Made by a program: the position numbers and the translations under genes | In this document: in pieces, positions 63,822-64,000 of the stretch | Layout of the letters: each line of letters begins with the position of its first letter | Position numbering within the stretch: the first letter of the stretch is position 1 | NCBI GenBank assembly: GCA_963841915.1 | Contig: CAWJEN010000006.1 | Span: 1,504,001 to 1,568,000, forward strand | DNA from: an uncultured Planctomycetota bacterium | Lineage (GTDB): Bacteria > Planctomycetota > Phycisphaerae > Tepidisphaerales > Tepidisphaeraceae | DNA: 64,000 bases | Reading direction: 5' to 3' | The notes under the pieces: generated by a model | The model's input: only the letters and a program-made list of their open reading frames with translations | The model's database searches: none | Told to the model about the DNA's origin: nothing

Positions 63822-63905
63822 ATCGACCCGCCGCACCCCATGGCCGCCGTCCCGGCCTCGATTCGGCCGCCGCGGCGCAACAGATCGGCGGCCGTAAGGT
63901 CGCCC

Positions 63906-64000
63906 ATGGAGCAGTTCGAAGCCGACGGAATCGAGCAGGTCGACGGGCAAGGCGGACTGCCGATGATCCGCGTGCGGACGGCCGTGGCCGAGGCCGACAT
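63906..64000 (+). CDS. Probable D-hexose-6-phosphate mutarotase (YeaD-like), 3'-truncated by the window edge
   Basis: MEQFEADGIEQVDGQGGLPMIRVRTAVAEAD resembles the G.GGLP N-terminus of this family; only 31 codons are visible. Confidence 0.5.
   Translation, partial: MEQFEADGIEQVDGQGGLPMIRVRTAVAEAD

Overview
High-GC window that looks like a Planctomycetota (Phycisphaerae-like) chromosome. The taxonomic cues are an LEARRLL extracellular motif, a DUF1559-type prepilin with an H-X9-DG motif, a PEP-CTERM protein, a CxxCGYxLxG zinc-ribbon membrane protein and a DUF3467 protein. Main blocks: (1) a ~15.7 kb minus-strand respiratory operon for alternative complex III (actABCDEF) followed by SCO and an A2-type caa3 cytochrome c oxidase; (2) a LacI / PEP-CTERM / prepilin cassette and a modular secreted metalloprotease; (3) a ~16 kb type IV pilus/T2SS-like cluster (pilC, seven pilin-like genes, and a giant PilX/GspK-like gene shattered by frameshifts); (4) gltB without gltD, queC, a bshB1-like deacetylase, an ABC ATPase and a Gfo/Idh/MocA-aldo/keto reductase fusion. 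The most unusual element is a 1.4 kb insert inside the pilin cluster. It holds 11 copies of a 9-nt pseudo-palindromic motif (KCGGWGCCG) in exact 21-bp phase with unique 12-nt spacers, directly upstream of a 236-aa uncharacterised gene. Other non-coding signals are five parS palindromes (four in two copies of a dispersed double-parS element), a shared GGTTTCC-N17-GCGAAGA motif before two minor-pilin genes, heptamer repeats at ACIII gene junctions, and TANNNT boxes 5-7 nt before ten start codons, suggesting leaderless transcripts. Several frameshifts probably reflect sequencing or consensus errors. I recognised no rRNA, tRNA, transposase or canonical CRISPR array. All family assignments come from motif recognition, not database searches.
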